This document shows, piece after piece, positions 50,237 to 64,000 of a stretch of 64,000 nt of DNA. This stretch comes from Gekko japonicus (taxonomy: Eukaryota), in NCBI RefSeq assembly GCF_001447785.1, contig NW_015169819.1, forward strand, positions 215,500-279,499, given 5' to 3'. A program made the position numbers and the translations under genes. The notes below the pieces were generated by a model. It saw only the letters and a list, made by a program, of their open reading frames with translations, made no database searches and was not told the DNA's origin. How positions within the stretch are numbered: position 1 is the first letter of the stretch; every line of letters begins with the position of its first letter.

Positions 50237-50470
50237 TCTAGTAAAGTGTGAACTACTATGTTCTTCGTACTGTAAAATAACCTTCAAGGCAGACACTGCT
50301 ACTCTACAACCCCGGTTAAGCCAAATCAATTACTTGTAGGCTCTGTGGTTTAGGTAACTGGAAGCTACTACATAGTTCTTTTTAGAAGGCTATGTGTATA
50401 CACAAACAAAACCCACCCAGATTTTGTACAGAAGCTAAATAATAGTTCCTTTGTAGGATTATAGCAAGGA

Positions 50471-50476
50471 AATAAA
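50471..50476 (+). terminator. COG1: COG1 polyadenylation signal
   Basis: First AATAAA after the stop codon, with upstream TGTA motifs. Confidence 0.7.
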
Positions 50477-50599
50477 GCATTCTGACAGTCACTGCCTTGT
50501 CTACAGTTTTTGACCTTCAAAAAAAGTTACTGTTTTTAACAACTGCAATATGCCCTCACTCTTTAAAAAAAATTAATTTACCATAAAACATATTCACTA

Positions 50600-50605
50600 T
50601 TTATT
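50600..50605 (-). terminator. FAM104A: FAM104A proximal polyadenylation signal
   Basis: tttatt on the plus strand, about 380 nt downstream of the stop. Confidence 0.6.
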
Positions 50606-50987
50606 GAAATTAAAAAAAGACTTATAAAACTGAACACAAATGTTTGAAAGGTTTTACATAAAGCATTGGTTTCTAATTAACAAATTAAGAAGTCATCTGG
50701 ACTTATTATGCACTCCTATAATACACAGATGGATTATCAGACACCTTGATGTCAAAGATATCCACCCTTCCCCCATCCAAAGAATCCTATAAAAATTGCT
50801 CCAAAGCCCCTTTTGCATTGCAATAGTGCAGCAACCACAAGTAAACAATTGCCTGTTAACCTGTTATTCCAAATACAGACTGAGAAGGCAACAGGCATTT
50901 TGTGCAATTTTAACAAACTTTTAAGTTGAAATATCTCATCACACAGTGCTGTCCCCCTTCACAGAAGGCAGGGAACTGGTGGGCTCA

Positions 50988-51275
<288 letters not shown>

Positions 51276-52508
51276 CTAGCAAATCCAATAACTGACAAAT
51301 TACACATTCAATTGTAAACATGTACATTCAAAGATTTTGTTGAGCATCTTGATGCAGTTTCAGTTGCCTAGATTTTGTAAGAACATTACTGAAAAGAACT
51401 GATCACACACACACACAAAATTCTAATCTACAGCAGCTGTTTCTAATTCTATCCCATCTGTTTAGATGCCTACACCAATCCACTCTACACTCCAAGGAGA
51501 AATGCACAGAAATAAATATGTATGTATTATCAAGTGCTTACCAGTTTACACATAAATATCAAGTCCTGGGATGTCATGTATACAAGATAAATAGATGACA
51601 GGCTTTGTAGCCTTCCATAAAAATTATTTTGTTGCGTGAAGTGGCCTATTTTGTCAACAATTACTAACCTGATGTATGAAGTAGATGGAACTCAGAGAAT
51701 CTTTCTGGCACTTGCTCCCCACAGCCAGCAACATGGCTAGACACACTGTGAGCAACCTCAGTCAGACCTCACTGGAAACAGTGCAGGCCAGGGAAGAAAT
51801 CATGGGCATAAGTCCTGCCCAACCCACCAATCTAGCCAGCATGTCAGGGGCTTGGGCAGTCCTTTGTGTCAAGTAAATTAGTGCCCTGTGTCCTTTGGGT
51901 TGGCTAATTCTGGCTGCTTATCATGAAGCAGATGTAGGCTGATTCATGCTATTTCACAATGAACAAATTACTCTGTTTAGTTATTGTTGCTACAAACTAA
52001 CATATATGCCAGGATATTACACTTTATGCTTCACTCATTTTAAGTTACAAACAACAACATACTGGAGAATCAGTAGCAAGTCTTAGTATCCTTCTTAACA
52101 TATCCTTTATATAACAACTATACAGCTGAAGACGAAAGTAATCACTGGGTATCTTTTAGGATCTACTGTAGCATTATGCAATACTGTTCAATATAAAATA
52201 TGTACCTGTTATTTAAAGGCACTATCTATATATAGAGACATTTATGGCAAAGCTTAAGACTTCCAAATATATCTCCATATTGAACTCCAAAACATACATG
52301 TTAAATGCCAGTAAAATACAGCAGAAGTGTATATCAACCTATATGATTCCACAGCACCATTCACTTAGGACTCTGTAGGGGCAAGAGCTTTTGAGTGAGA
52401 GATTCCTGAAGGGAAAACCCCGACTTCAAAAATCAGCAATTTGTTCATAATGGTTATGGTCAGGATGAACTTAAAAATGCACTAAAGAAGTTTATAACAG
52501 GTGGGTGA

Positions 52509-52895
52509 CGTCAGTTAATACTGCCATTCCCTGGAATGTGTGTGTGGGGGGAGAGAGATCCTCCTCTCCTCTGCCTGGTACACTAACAATGTCTCCTGTC
52601 TGGACTGTTATCTGTTTTTGCTTTCCTGACCTTGGGGTTCCAGCTGCTCCTGACCTGCTGGGAATAAACGGCTCCTGTTTCGCTCACTCTTTTCTCCCAC
52701 CCGCGCGCACAATGCTTATTGGCTTCTGCTTGTAATGGGGGGGGGGTGTTCTGAAACTAGTATAACTTTGGGTGCCCTGCAGCTTTGGGCCATTCCTGAC
52801 AAAAGACTTTCACGTGTCATAGTTATGAACTACCAATAAACAGAATACTTCTTATGGAGCGCTGTGTGATGTGATCTAACTATCGAACCCTGACA
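52509..52895 (+). mobile_element. Solo LTR, 387 bp, antisense in FAM104A intron 2
   Basis: (C)GTCAG...CTGACA ends, 5-bp TSD ggtga at 52504-52508 and 52896-52900, AATAAA at 52835. Confidence 0.82.
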
Positions 52896-53469
52896 GGTGA
52901 ACACACAGGCCAATGGTGCTGAACAACAGAAGTTTTTGGAAGAGAGGGGGTAACATTAACCTTTACAGAGAAATGTTTCCAAATTGTATTAGCCATATTT
53001 CACTTAATATGATTATGTCTGAAACAATGTTTAAATCCCTTATTTAAGAATGGAAGTCTGAACTGCAAAGGCAGGATGTCCCTCATTCAAATCAGAACTG
53101 ATCACCACTCAAAGAAACATGCTATTGTTACATGAGACAATAAGTTAACACCACAAGATTATATTGCCTGTATACACTGCACTGTATCCATAATTATCTA
53201 GACCCATCTCAATCTAATTTGAGGGCTAGAGTTTGGAAATGAAACTTGATGGATTGCCTGTGTAAGAAACGGGGAGCGTGTACCTGTTGATTCTGGATCC
53301 CAAGGTGATCTTCACACCTTCAGGGGAAGTATCATGCTATTTCTCTGGGCCATCGGATGGTTATATAGACTGGAGTCACCATGCTTTAGTGGTTCTGTTA
53401 CTATTTGTTATAATTTGTTGATAGGAAATAGCTGGTCAAGCCCCATGACACCTGAGCTACACAATCATG

Positions 53470-55150
53470 CAAAATTCTACATTATTAGCCATGTTCAACA
53501 TCTACATGAAGCTGCTGAGGAGGATTGGGAGTGAAGTGCTACCCATATGAAGATGACATACAACTCTTCCTTTCATCTTATTCTGAACCACTGCCTGCAA
53601 ACAATGATAGGAGGAGGAGATTGGATTTATACCCCCCCCTTCACTTGAGAGTCTCAGAGCGGCTTACAAACTCCTTTCCCTTCCCCTCCTCACAACAGAC
53701 ACCCTGTGAGGTAGGTGGGGCTGAGAAAGCTCTGAGAGAACTCCCCTTTCAAGGACAGCTCTGACAGAACTATGGCTTGCCCAAGGTCATCCAGCAGCTG
53801 CAAGTGGAGGAGTGGGAAATCAAACCTGGTTAGAGTCCACGCACTTAATCACTACACCAAACTGGCTGGGTGAGGGCCAAGACAGTAATGCTCAATCCAG
53901 GTAAGACAGGTTTCTGCTGGTCAATAATACGGCCAATTAAGGACTGAAGAATCTGCTGATTCTGGGGGATATTTCTCTTGAAGGAGCAGGCCTGCAGCTT
54001 GGGAGTGCTATTAGAATCAGGGCAACAGATGGAGATCTCAGATCTTTAAAACACCCTCTGTGTAATACTTAGCACTTTTACCAGCCTCACCTTGTCTAAC
54101 AGCTGCATGTTTTCTTTCAGATGCAGGATTTGGCCACAGTTATCAATTCTCAGTTCACTCCTAGGTTAGTTTCTTACAAAAAGGGACCTCTTCAGAGTTC
54201 AGAGGCAGAGAAAACCTATCCCCCTGTTGGCTCACATTTCCTCCACTCTTGTCCTCTAGAGAAAAGCTTATGGGGTCAGTCAACTCATCCAGCCAGGCAA
54301 CTGACTGTGGAGAGGTCTTTCAAATCAGTCACTCAAAGCTTCTGCCACATAACTGACCAGTGGCAGCTTGGGAGAGAGCTCCAATGGATGCTTTTAGTTT
54401 CAAGCCTCACAACGCTGCTAATGAACTGATGGTGGGAAAGTCTCTCCAAGCTTTCTACTTCAAACCTTTTCCGCTGGTCCCAACTTTCTGTCCATGCCAC
54501 TGAGGAACCTCATCTTCCTCATCCCATCCCATTATTCTCTCCCCCTCTCCACTCCTTCCCCCAATCCTCCTGCCACTGCTTTCTCCGCCTGATCTTTTAA
54601 AAAATACCTTGTTGTAACATTGAGATCTCAGTTGGCACTTTTCTGCTTCAGTCATTTCTTCAGTTTTGGGTTTTTAAAAAGCTTCCAGAGGATCTTTTTT
54701 TAAGTTTTTGAATTTTTCTGCAAACTGTGGGTTCTTCCAGGTTTATAGAAAAATCTCTCCAATTTATACATGACCTGTTGTATGGATGTTTTAAATATGT
54801 GCCCTTGGGATACATTCAGAATTAGGTATAAAGGAGCATATCTACCTGGTGTTAAAACAACTGTACTGGCTACCAATTCATTTCTGGAACTAATTCAGTA
54901 GTTAGCACCATTAAAGAGAAATACTTTGGGACTAGGATACCTCCCCTCTCATGTGTACCTAACCATCTCCTAGGATCATCCTTGGAGGCCCTGCTTCACC
55001 TTCTCTCATGTTGTCCAAGGTGCTGCAGACCCTCCACTCAGCAATTCACTCGGTACTGAGACATATGAATTTCTGGCCTGAGTTCAAAACTTATTTCCCC
55101 AGTTCTTTGGTGCCCCCCCCCCGCCCTGCCATGTTTTTGTGCAGTCTGGA
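53470..55150 (+). mobile_element. Old, fragmented L2 LINE
   Basis: Degenerate RT motifs YEDDIQL (53546), LNPGKT (53891) and LYWLPI (54862), interrupted by younger insertions. Confidence 0.6.
53609..53868 (-). mobile_element. Squam3-like tRNA/CORE SINE
   Basis: Reverse-complement match to 28399-28684. Confidence 0.85.
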
Positions 55151-55463
55151 GAACATGTACCCAATAATTTTATACTTTCAAAGGTGCCCGGTGAACTATG
55201 GATGTTTATTAGCTACAACTGATGGTGATAACTTTTTATTCTGTTGATAATGTTCATTTTGTTTTACTAATTTCTTATTGTGATTTGAATTTAATTTGAA
55301 TTATGAGTTACCCCAAGAACTACGGAGGTGAGAGGTGGAATGTAAACATTTCAATTAAATGTTTTTCTAGATTGATATCCTAAGTTTGAATTAACTGCTT
55401 CCTATGTACTCATTAGACACAAATTCCAATACCGATATCAGCTGAGCACTGAGAACTGGATCA

Positions 55464-55682
<219 letters not shown>

Positions 55683-55869
55683 TCAGGAACTTTTGACCTG
55701 AACAGAAGGCAGAAATGTAGAAAAGAAGGATGCAAGAGTCAAACAAAGCTCTGGGCAATGAATACCAGAAGTGAAGAGAAAGACAGCTTTTTTGTTTTAC
55801 AACACAATGATCATAAGCACCAGGTGGAAAACTCACACCTTTTGGCTCTTATACAATGACCCACTCTGA

Positions 55870-56063
55870 CCTGGATGGTTCAGGCTACTCTGATCTTGTG
55901 AAACCTCAAAAGGAGTTGGCCCTGGTTAGTACTTGGATGGGAGACCACCAAGAAGTCCAGGGTTGCTCTGCAGAGGCAGGCAATGGCAGACCACCTCTGT
56001 TCATCTCTTGGCTTGAAAACTCCACAGGGTCAGCATCAGTCGAATGCAACTTGATGGCACTTT
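55870..56063 (+). mobile_element. 5S rRNA-derived SINE with RTE/Bov-B-type tail
   Basis: 5S-like ccctggttagtacttggatgggagacc followed by gaggcaggcaatggcagaccacctctg. Confidence 0.8.
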
Positions 56064-57126
56064 CTATTCACCTCAATGACCTCACATGTACACGCTGTTC
56101 TGGACAGAACAATTACCTGCCCAAAAGAGTCATTTGCTCTGGATTCTGGATACCATCAAGCCAATTGGTTAAAACTTAACACCTGCCCCAGATGGTCATC
56201 TCATTGAAGCAAAGGTAAAATCAGATGCATAAGAGGCGATGGGCACCCCCCCTTATTTTATAGATCAGCCTCCAAACCATTTTCCACACACCAGCATGGG
56301 ATCCTCTTCAACATCAAGTAAAGTATGATGCCTTTCTTCTCCCCTGCCTCCTGCTTCCAGCTGCCCTGTCTTTCACCGACAGCTGGCCTCCTCTTTTGCT
56401 CTCCCTCCCAGATTCACACTGTCTCTGGGAGAAACTCTCCCTAATTTCAATTAGGTATTTGGTTTTAAATTGTTACTACTGACCGGACTGTAATGGTTTT
56501 CATGCATTTTAATACTTATTTCCCCATGTTAATAATTACTTGCTTATAACGTATCCTGTTTTCCTCCATCTTTGTTCCCCCTATCCCACAGGTTTAATGC
56601 AGCAGAACTGACAGCTGTATAGACACACACCAAAAGATCCCATAATTTACCCCTGTGTCATTTGCTTACGTCTATATATATATGTGACACCCTTACCATG
56701 GCAGACTGGGCCCAGGTACCAATTAGGTAGACAGCAAAAGTTATTGTACTTTTGTTAAAGTATGCAGTTTTAGCTCACATATTGTAAATGCTGCTTCTAA
56801 CTTGTTAATAGCTGTCTTTCTTTCATTTGCCCACTACTAAGAAAGAATTCAGACCTGAAACTGGGAAGACAATATCAAAAGAAACAGTTTGATCTTCTGC
56901 CTAATAATAGAACTCCTCTTATCTCTCTCAGCTTCCATTTCTCAATGAAATAGATAAAGGAAATTCCTATGAAGTTAATCACCTTCAAATTAGTGCATCA
57001 AATCTCTTCCAGACTGATCAAGAGTCTGAATACAAAGCTTAAGAATTCCCTAAAGCTTCAGCAATTCCTAAAAATAAAACTGAGTGTTCCAAAAGACATT
57101 TGGCTAAATTAAAGATAAGCAGCTGT

Positions 57127-57811
57127 ATTTTTATTTATTTATTTGATTTTTTTCAACTGCCCTCTCACAGGACGCTGGGCTCAGAGCAGTACACAACACG
57201 GTCATAAAATATCAATTAAAAACAGGTTAAAAACGAGTAACAGAAATGTAGCTGGAGATGGTGCAAGAGAAGCCAGTAGTGCTTGCTGTCTCATGGGATG
57301 GGGGAGTGCCAGGATGGAACCATTGCTGTCCTCAACCAAACGCCTGGCAGAACAGCTCTGCCTTACAGGCCCTGTGGAACTGTAACAAGTCCCACAGGGC
57401 ATGGATGTTATTTGGCAGAAAGTTCCACCAGGTTGGAGCCATGGCAGAAGAGGCCCTGGCTCTGGTCAAGGATAGCCGGATGTCTCTCGGGCTATGGACC
57501 ACCAATAGATTTTTATCTAAAGAGCACAATGCTCTTCTGGGGGTATACCAGGAGAGGCAGTCCCGAAGGTACATAGGTCCCTGACCATTTAAGGCCTTGA
57601 AGGTCAATACCAGGACCTTGAACCTGATCTGGTATTCCACCGGAAGCCAGTGCAGCTCACCCAACACAGAATGGCTGTGTTGTGCACGGTGTCCCTCTAA
57701 GGACCCACACGCCACTGCATTCTGTACCAGTTGGAGTTTCTGGGTCAGCCTCAAGGGTAGGCCCATCTAGAGCAAGGTACAGTAATCCAGCCTGGAGGTG
57801 ACCGTTGCATA
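57127..57811 (-). mobile_element. L2 LINE 3' fragment
   Basis: ORF 57332-57766 carries KLQLVQNA..LHWLPVEYQIRFKVLVLTFKAL; (attt)n tail. Confidence 0.92.
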
Positions 57812-58147
57812 GACTAGCTGGGTGAGGGGCCACATATAGATGTTAAATAACAATGGGGAGAGGATTTCATGCTCATCACCTTCAAAGAGATCAGAAAGCT
57901 ATTTATTTTACTTATCTAAATGTGTCAAATTAAAAACCAGCTAAGTTTGTAGATGTTAAATTTATTTTAGTTACAAAGTAAGGCGAGAACTTTTTATAGG
58001 ACAGAGTTTTATTTTTGAATAAACACACCCTGGACAGCATGATTCCCTCACTTTGCCTGACAGACTTGTCCCTGACAACAAACAAACAAGCAAGCCTTGA
58101 CCTTACATCTGTTCTGTATATTGTTTGTGGGATCTTAATTAAGACCT

Positions 58148-58490
58148 AGTCTAGCCCTATCTTGTCAGATATCGGAAGCTAAGCAGGATCAACCATGGCC
58201 AATAAATCAATGCTCCCTCTAAGCTCCTGTGAGCAAAAATTCTACTTCATGAGCTACTGGCATTAAAGTTGTGAGTGAGCTATTTGGCTACTGCCTAAGT
58301 GAGCCAGAGGCTAAAAAACTGTGAGCTAGCTCACACTAATTCAGTTTAGTGGGGACATTGCCAATAATTGATGGGAGACCACCAAGAAATACTATGACCA
58401 GTATGCAGGGGAAGGCAATGGCAAACCATCTCTGAACGTCTCTTGCCTTCAAAACCATATAGGGTCACCATAAACTGGCTGCTACTTGAT
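58148..58490 (+). mobile_element. 5S rRNA-derived SINE interrupted by a hAT MITE at 58208-58360
   Basis: gatatcggaagctaagcagg and gatgggagaccacc 5S motifs; the MITE is the reverse complement of the 2016-2207 family, with approximate TSD ccaataa(a)t. Confidence 0.82.
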
Positions 58491-59107
58491 TCCCCCCCCC
58501 CCCAATTAAGAAGTGCCATTCCATACTAAAATAATTGGTCTAAACTTTGGGAACAAGATTTGAGCATCTGGTTCAATAATGTCTAATTACCAGATGTTTC
58601 AGTTTTGGGATGTATTTTCTTATGCTTTTATGACTTCATTGTTACACCAAAAATCAGGGGATAATGTTACATGGCATCATTTTGCTAAATGAAAATGCCA
58701 ACTAAAACATGTTTCCCTTTTATTAACAGTATTCCAACATATATATTGAATAAACTCCATAAGTCATATTACAATGCCATGTATAAAACCTGTACTGGTG
58801 CTGGTGGCAAAGTCTTACCATAGGCTTAAAGTACTATATTACAAGTCTCCTGGGAATAGTGAGGTACAAAGAATTAAATGCTAGTTGGAAGTGGACTACC
58901 AGGCTTTTAAACAAGAAGGGAAGGAGCATTCAACAACAGGATATGCATAACTGGGCCTGTCATACAAAGATGAAATGCTGCATAATTATTGTGTAAAAAC
59001 CCTCTCTGGTCCATGGTGCAGCACACTGGTTAAACAAGCTAAGGAACACACTGCACAACTAGGAAACAAATTCCCAGTTCAAACCTTACGTCAGCCATCA
59101 GGTTATC

Positions 59108-59325
59108 TGTATTTATTATGTTTTTACACCATCTTCCTCCAAGATCTGGCCATCACAGACCTTCCTATCCTTTTTCATTTTCTCCACACAACAACTGTGA
59201 GGTAGGTTGAGAGTAAGCACCTGGTCCAAAATCACCTAGCAAACCTCTCGGCAGAATGAGGATTCAAACCTAGGTCTCCCAAATCGTAGTCCAACATTCT
59301 AACTAGTAGACTACACTGGCTCTCT
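59108..59325 (-). mobile_element. tRNA/CORE SINE
   Basis: ggattcaaacctaggtctccc..ctacactggctctc head in reverse orientation. Confidence 0.7.
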
Positions 59326-59954
59326 TGAAACAAACAATTTCTTCCAGGTTCAGTTTTTTATTTACAGTATGTTGGTAACAGTGGCCTGATTTACAGGGCT
59401 GCTGTAATGAGACATTTGAGATGCTCGAATGCAAACTGCTCAGAACCCTACTTAAGTACTTATTCTAAATTCCGAGGGGATGGAGGGAGACATCCAATGT
59501 TCCCGCTATATATACCCCTACTAAGTGGGGCAGTTCACACCCTGAGCAGAATATAACTGCCGTGATCTTAAAATGGGCAATGGGCACGGGGCTTCCTGTG
59601 TTAATGTTACTGAGCGCGCAACATAGAGGGAACACTGGGGACAGAACAGGGCATGTAACAAACAAAACAAGGAAAACACAGACGTGGAAGGCACACGACG
59701 CAGCGTACTTGCTGAAGCTCAGCCGGTCTGGCCAGTGCCTGGGTAAGAAGCCTCCTAGGAACATTTCCGTGCGCCGCCTTGACTTCCACATAATCGGACA
59801 AATATGAGAAACCTGCCCTGCCAAAGGCTCGCTTGAATTGCCACTCCAGCAACTGAGGCGTAGTAAAACTGAAGCGGTTCTTGCGCTTGATCCTGAATCC
59901 TCGCGGCTGCCCGTCGCCCCACTCTGACTCACCAAACCCCAAGATGGCCAGCCT

Positions 59955-60005
59955 NNNNNNNNNNNNNNNNNNNNNNNNNNNNNNNNNNNNNNNNNNNNNN
60001 NNNNN
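59955..60005. other. Assembly gap (N run) in the CpG island
   Basis: Run of n bases. Confidence 1.
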
Positions 60006-60124
60006 GCCACCCCCCCGGCCGGTTAGGTTCAAAGCGTCCCTCGCTCGGCCCCCGTACATACAGGGACTGGACAATTCATAAATTTAAATTAGCAAATATT
60101 CTCCTCCTCCCCGTACCCTCTTAC

Positions 60125-60171
60125 CTCTGTCTTGCTCCCCGCTCGCTTGCCAGAACTCCCCGACAACTCAT
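60125..60171 (-). CDS. FAM104A: FAM104A exon 1, coding part (MSCRGVLASERGARQ-R)
   Basis: gccATG at 60171; donor GAG|GTAAGA; phase 2 fits exon 2; 47+97+243 nt gives 128 aa. Confidence 0.82.
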
Positions 60172-60179
60172 GGCCTGGC

Positions 60180-60600
60180 CGAGCCAGCTGTCTCAGACCG
60201 TAAGCCGCGAAGTCAGCAGGCCTCACACTTGCACTCCCAAACAATCCTTCCCCACCTCCGTCCTCTGTCACCGCTTCCGGTGTGCGACCCTCATGCGCAA
60301 GCGCATTAATAGTACAGAGAAACCCCTCCTCTTCCTTCTAAGTGATTTTTGGTAGACGCAGAGGATAGTTGGGACTCCCTACTACGCAGGCGCACTGTGA
60401 CTGCAGCGCGAGAGGCGCATGCCCATTGGTCGTCTCTCACTGGGTATGCGCATGTGTGAAGGTCGGGTGCATGCCTACGTAATAGTAATTCAGGACCCCG
60501 GCAAAGGCTGTGCAGGGTCCGTTTGGAAGTAAATTTGATCGAATTAAAAAAAGCGGAGGATACCGAGGTCATGTGATAAAGGACCGGGGTCATGTGCAGC
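60180..60600. promoter_or_regulatory. Bidirectional CpG-island promoter for FAM104A and C17orf80
   Basis: ETS motif cttccgg (about 60274), several NRF1-like gcgcatgc/tgcgca motifs, CCAAT box (attgg about 60425), head-to-head genes. Confidence 0.8.
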
Positions 60601-60797
60601 AATTTCCAAGAATTTTATTATCTTAATCCGCTTTCGGTTTCAGTTGTTGTGGGGCTAAAACAGACTAAATGCAACCTTATAGCGACAGCTGAGGAGTGTG
60701 ATGCCCGTAATGAAAAATATTGATGCAAGTTGCTGGCGATTCCTGGAATTGCAGAATTAGAGTTTTAGCTCCTGATCGAGGTACGGGGAGAAGAGTG

Positions 60798-60889
60798 CAC
60801 GGGGTCTTGTGGCGAATAAGGATTTTCGTGGGAATGCACGGGGTGGGATGTTCACGAGTCTTGTGGCGAATAAGGATTTTCGTGGGAAA
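60798..60889. repeat. Direct repeat, about 37 bp, 2 copies, 55-bp period
   Basis: cacg.gtcttgtggcgaataaggattttcgtgggaa occurs twice. Confidence 0.9.
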
Positions 60890-61065
60890 ACAGCAACAAA
60901 TCACTTAAGCAACTCCTCTAATGTTCACCGTCAGCCAACCTTGCATAGTGTTTTTTCTTCCTCTTTTTCCCTCTCACGGGACAAAAATGTCTTGTTATTT
61001 CTGTTGTCAATGGTGTGGGTTGTCTTTGCAGATAGTTTTCAGGACCAAACATTTTCCGATAGTGC

Positions 61066-62400
61066 TTAAGGTTGCCAACTCTGGGTTGGGAAATGCCTTG
61101 AGATAGTGGAGTGGAGCCTGGGGAGAGCAGCATTTGGGGAGGGGAGGCATCTCCGTGAGGTATAATGTCACAGAGTACACCCTCCAAAGCTGCAATTTTC
61201 TCCAGAGGAACTGATTTTGATGCTTGATTAGGGTTGCCAGACCCCTGGTCTGGGAGGGGGTTCCCCCAATGTTTCAGGGTTTTGCCTGCCCTTGGCCAGC
61301 TGGCTGGTGGGTGACCCCCAAACAGGGGCATTGCATGGGAAGGTCTCCGATGCAATGATGTCATGCGGAAGTAATGTTATAACGTCGGGAATATTGCCGT
61401 GCTGGTTTGAGGGCAAAATGTATGGTAAAACTGTAGAGTTTTGTCCTTAAATCAGAGTGTCACTGCACAATGTCCCCAGTGTGATGACGTCACTTCCGCA
61501 TTGATCCCCAGGTTCCAGAGATCAGTTCCCCTGGAGAAAATGGTGGCTTTAGAAGGTGGACTCTATGGCATTATGCCTCACTGATGTCCCTCCTCCAAAA
61601 AACCCTGCCCTCCCCAGACTCCACCACCAAAAGCTCCAGGAATTTCCCAACTCAGAGCTGGAAACTCTTCGTGAGATCTGGAGAATTTTAATTCTGCAAG
61701 AACTGTAGGCCCACCTGCAAGTTGGACACAGCATCTGGAGATTAGTTGGAACAACACAGTGGGCCAGCTGGAAACCCCACTCCTAAAGTTGGGGATGCTC
61801 TGGTTTTTGGGCAAAACGCTATGGTTTGAGGGCTACTTTACCATAAAGTTTTGTCCAAAAACCAGAGCATCACCCTTGGTGTCACCGATGCAATGATGTC
61901 ATTTCCGGGTGATGTCATGATGTTGTGTGACATCCTCGAACACCCCTCAAAACTCCCTGCTGGATCGACAAGGGGACCTGGCAACCCTACTTCCTTTTCT
62001 CCTTAGGGCTGCCAGCTCCAGGTTGGGAAATTACTAGAGATTTGGAGGTGGAGCCTTGGGAGGTTAAGTTTGGGGAGGGAAACAACCTCAGCAGTATATA
62101 ATGCCCTAGAGTCCACCTTCCAAAGTGTCCCATTTTCTCCAGGGGAACTGATCTCTGGCCATCTGGAGACCAGTTGTTATTCTAAGTGATTTCCAGCTAC
62201 GGTTGCAAGCTCTGGGTTGGGATATACCTTGAGATTTTGGGGGTGGAGTCTGAGGAGGAGGGGAATTGGAGGAAGGGCGGGACCCCAGCAGGATATAATG
62301 CAGGATATAATGCCATAGAATCTGGGGGAATTGATCTTGGTCATGTGAAGATCAGTTGTAATAGTGGGAGATCTCCAGGTGAATTCACCGCTTGGAGTTC
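61066..62400. mobile_element. Cluster of nested or adjacent TAGGGTTGCCA-family MITEs
   Basis: Repeated heads near 61068, 61229, 62003 and 62199; closing TIR ctggcaacccta at 61978-61989; shared body motifs. Confidence 0.8.
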
Positions 62401-62431
62401 TGGGAAGGCATGCGGCTGCTCCTCGCCCTCC

Positions 62432-64000
<1,569 letters not shown>

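Noticed and set aside
55885-55950. 5S rRNA gene
   Set aside because: It is partial, diverged and fused to a retroposon tail.
59465-60081. ORFs of 155-181 aa spanning Ns
   Set aside because: They are inflated by the assembly gap and GC-rich FAM104A intron 1.

Overview
This is vertebrate genomic DNA from a squamate reptile. The repeat families suggest a gecko, which is an inference. The window holds the conserved SSTR2 - COG1 - FAM104A/VCF1 - C17orf80/MTNAP1 block. SSTR2 (+) has a single coding exon (372 aa) and a probable non-coding first exon at a CpG island near 8.1-8.45 kb. COG1 (+) is complete, with 14 coding exons and 997 aa assembled by hand. FAM104A (-) is complete, with 3 coding exons and 128 aa. 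C17orf80 (+) begins at 62726 and runs off the window; it shares a bidirectional CpG-island promoter with FAM104A. The rest is mostly transposable elements: Sauria SINEs, tRNA/CORE SINEs, 5S-derived SINEs, CR1 and L2 fragments, hAT and Harbinger-like MITEs, Penelope remnants and solo LTRs, often nested and with readable target-site duplications (TSDs). There are two N gaps. I found no novel multi-gene system. Four structures stand out: (1) a 1.45-kb CpG-rich foldback DNA transposon with ~200-bp TIRs, a perfect 9-bp TSD and an internal tandem array, ending ~285 bp upstream of the COG1 ATG; (2) a palindromic MITE carrying a divergent pair of CTCF-like motifs between SSTR2 and COG1; (3) a perfect two-segment inverted templated insertion in SSTR2 intron 1; (4) an E-box-rich 186-bp tandem duplication just after SSTR2 exon 1. 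Coordinates were counted by hand. Gene and repeat names come from recognition, not database searches.
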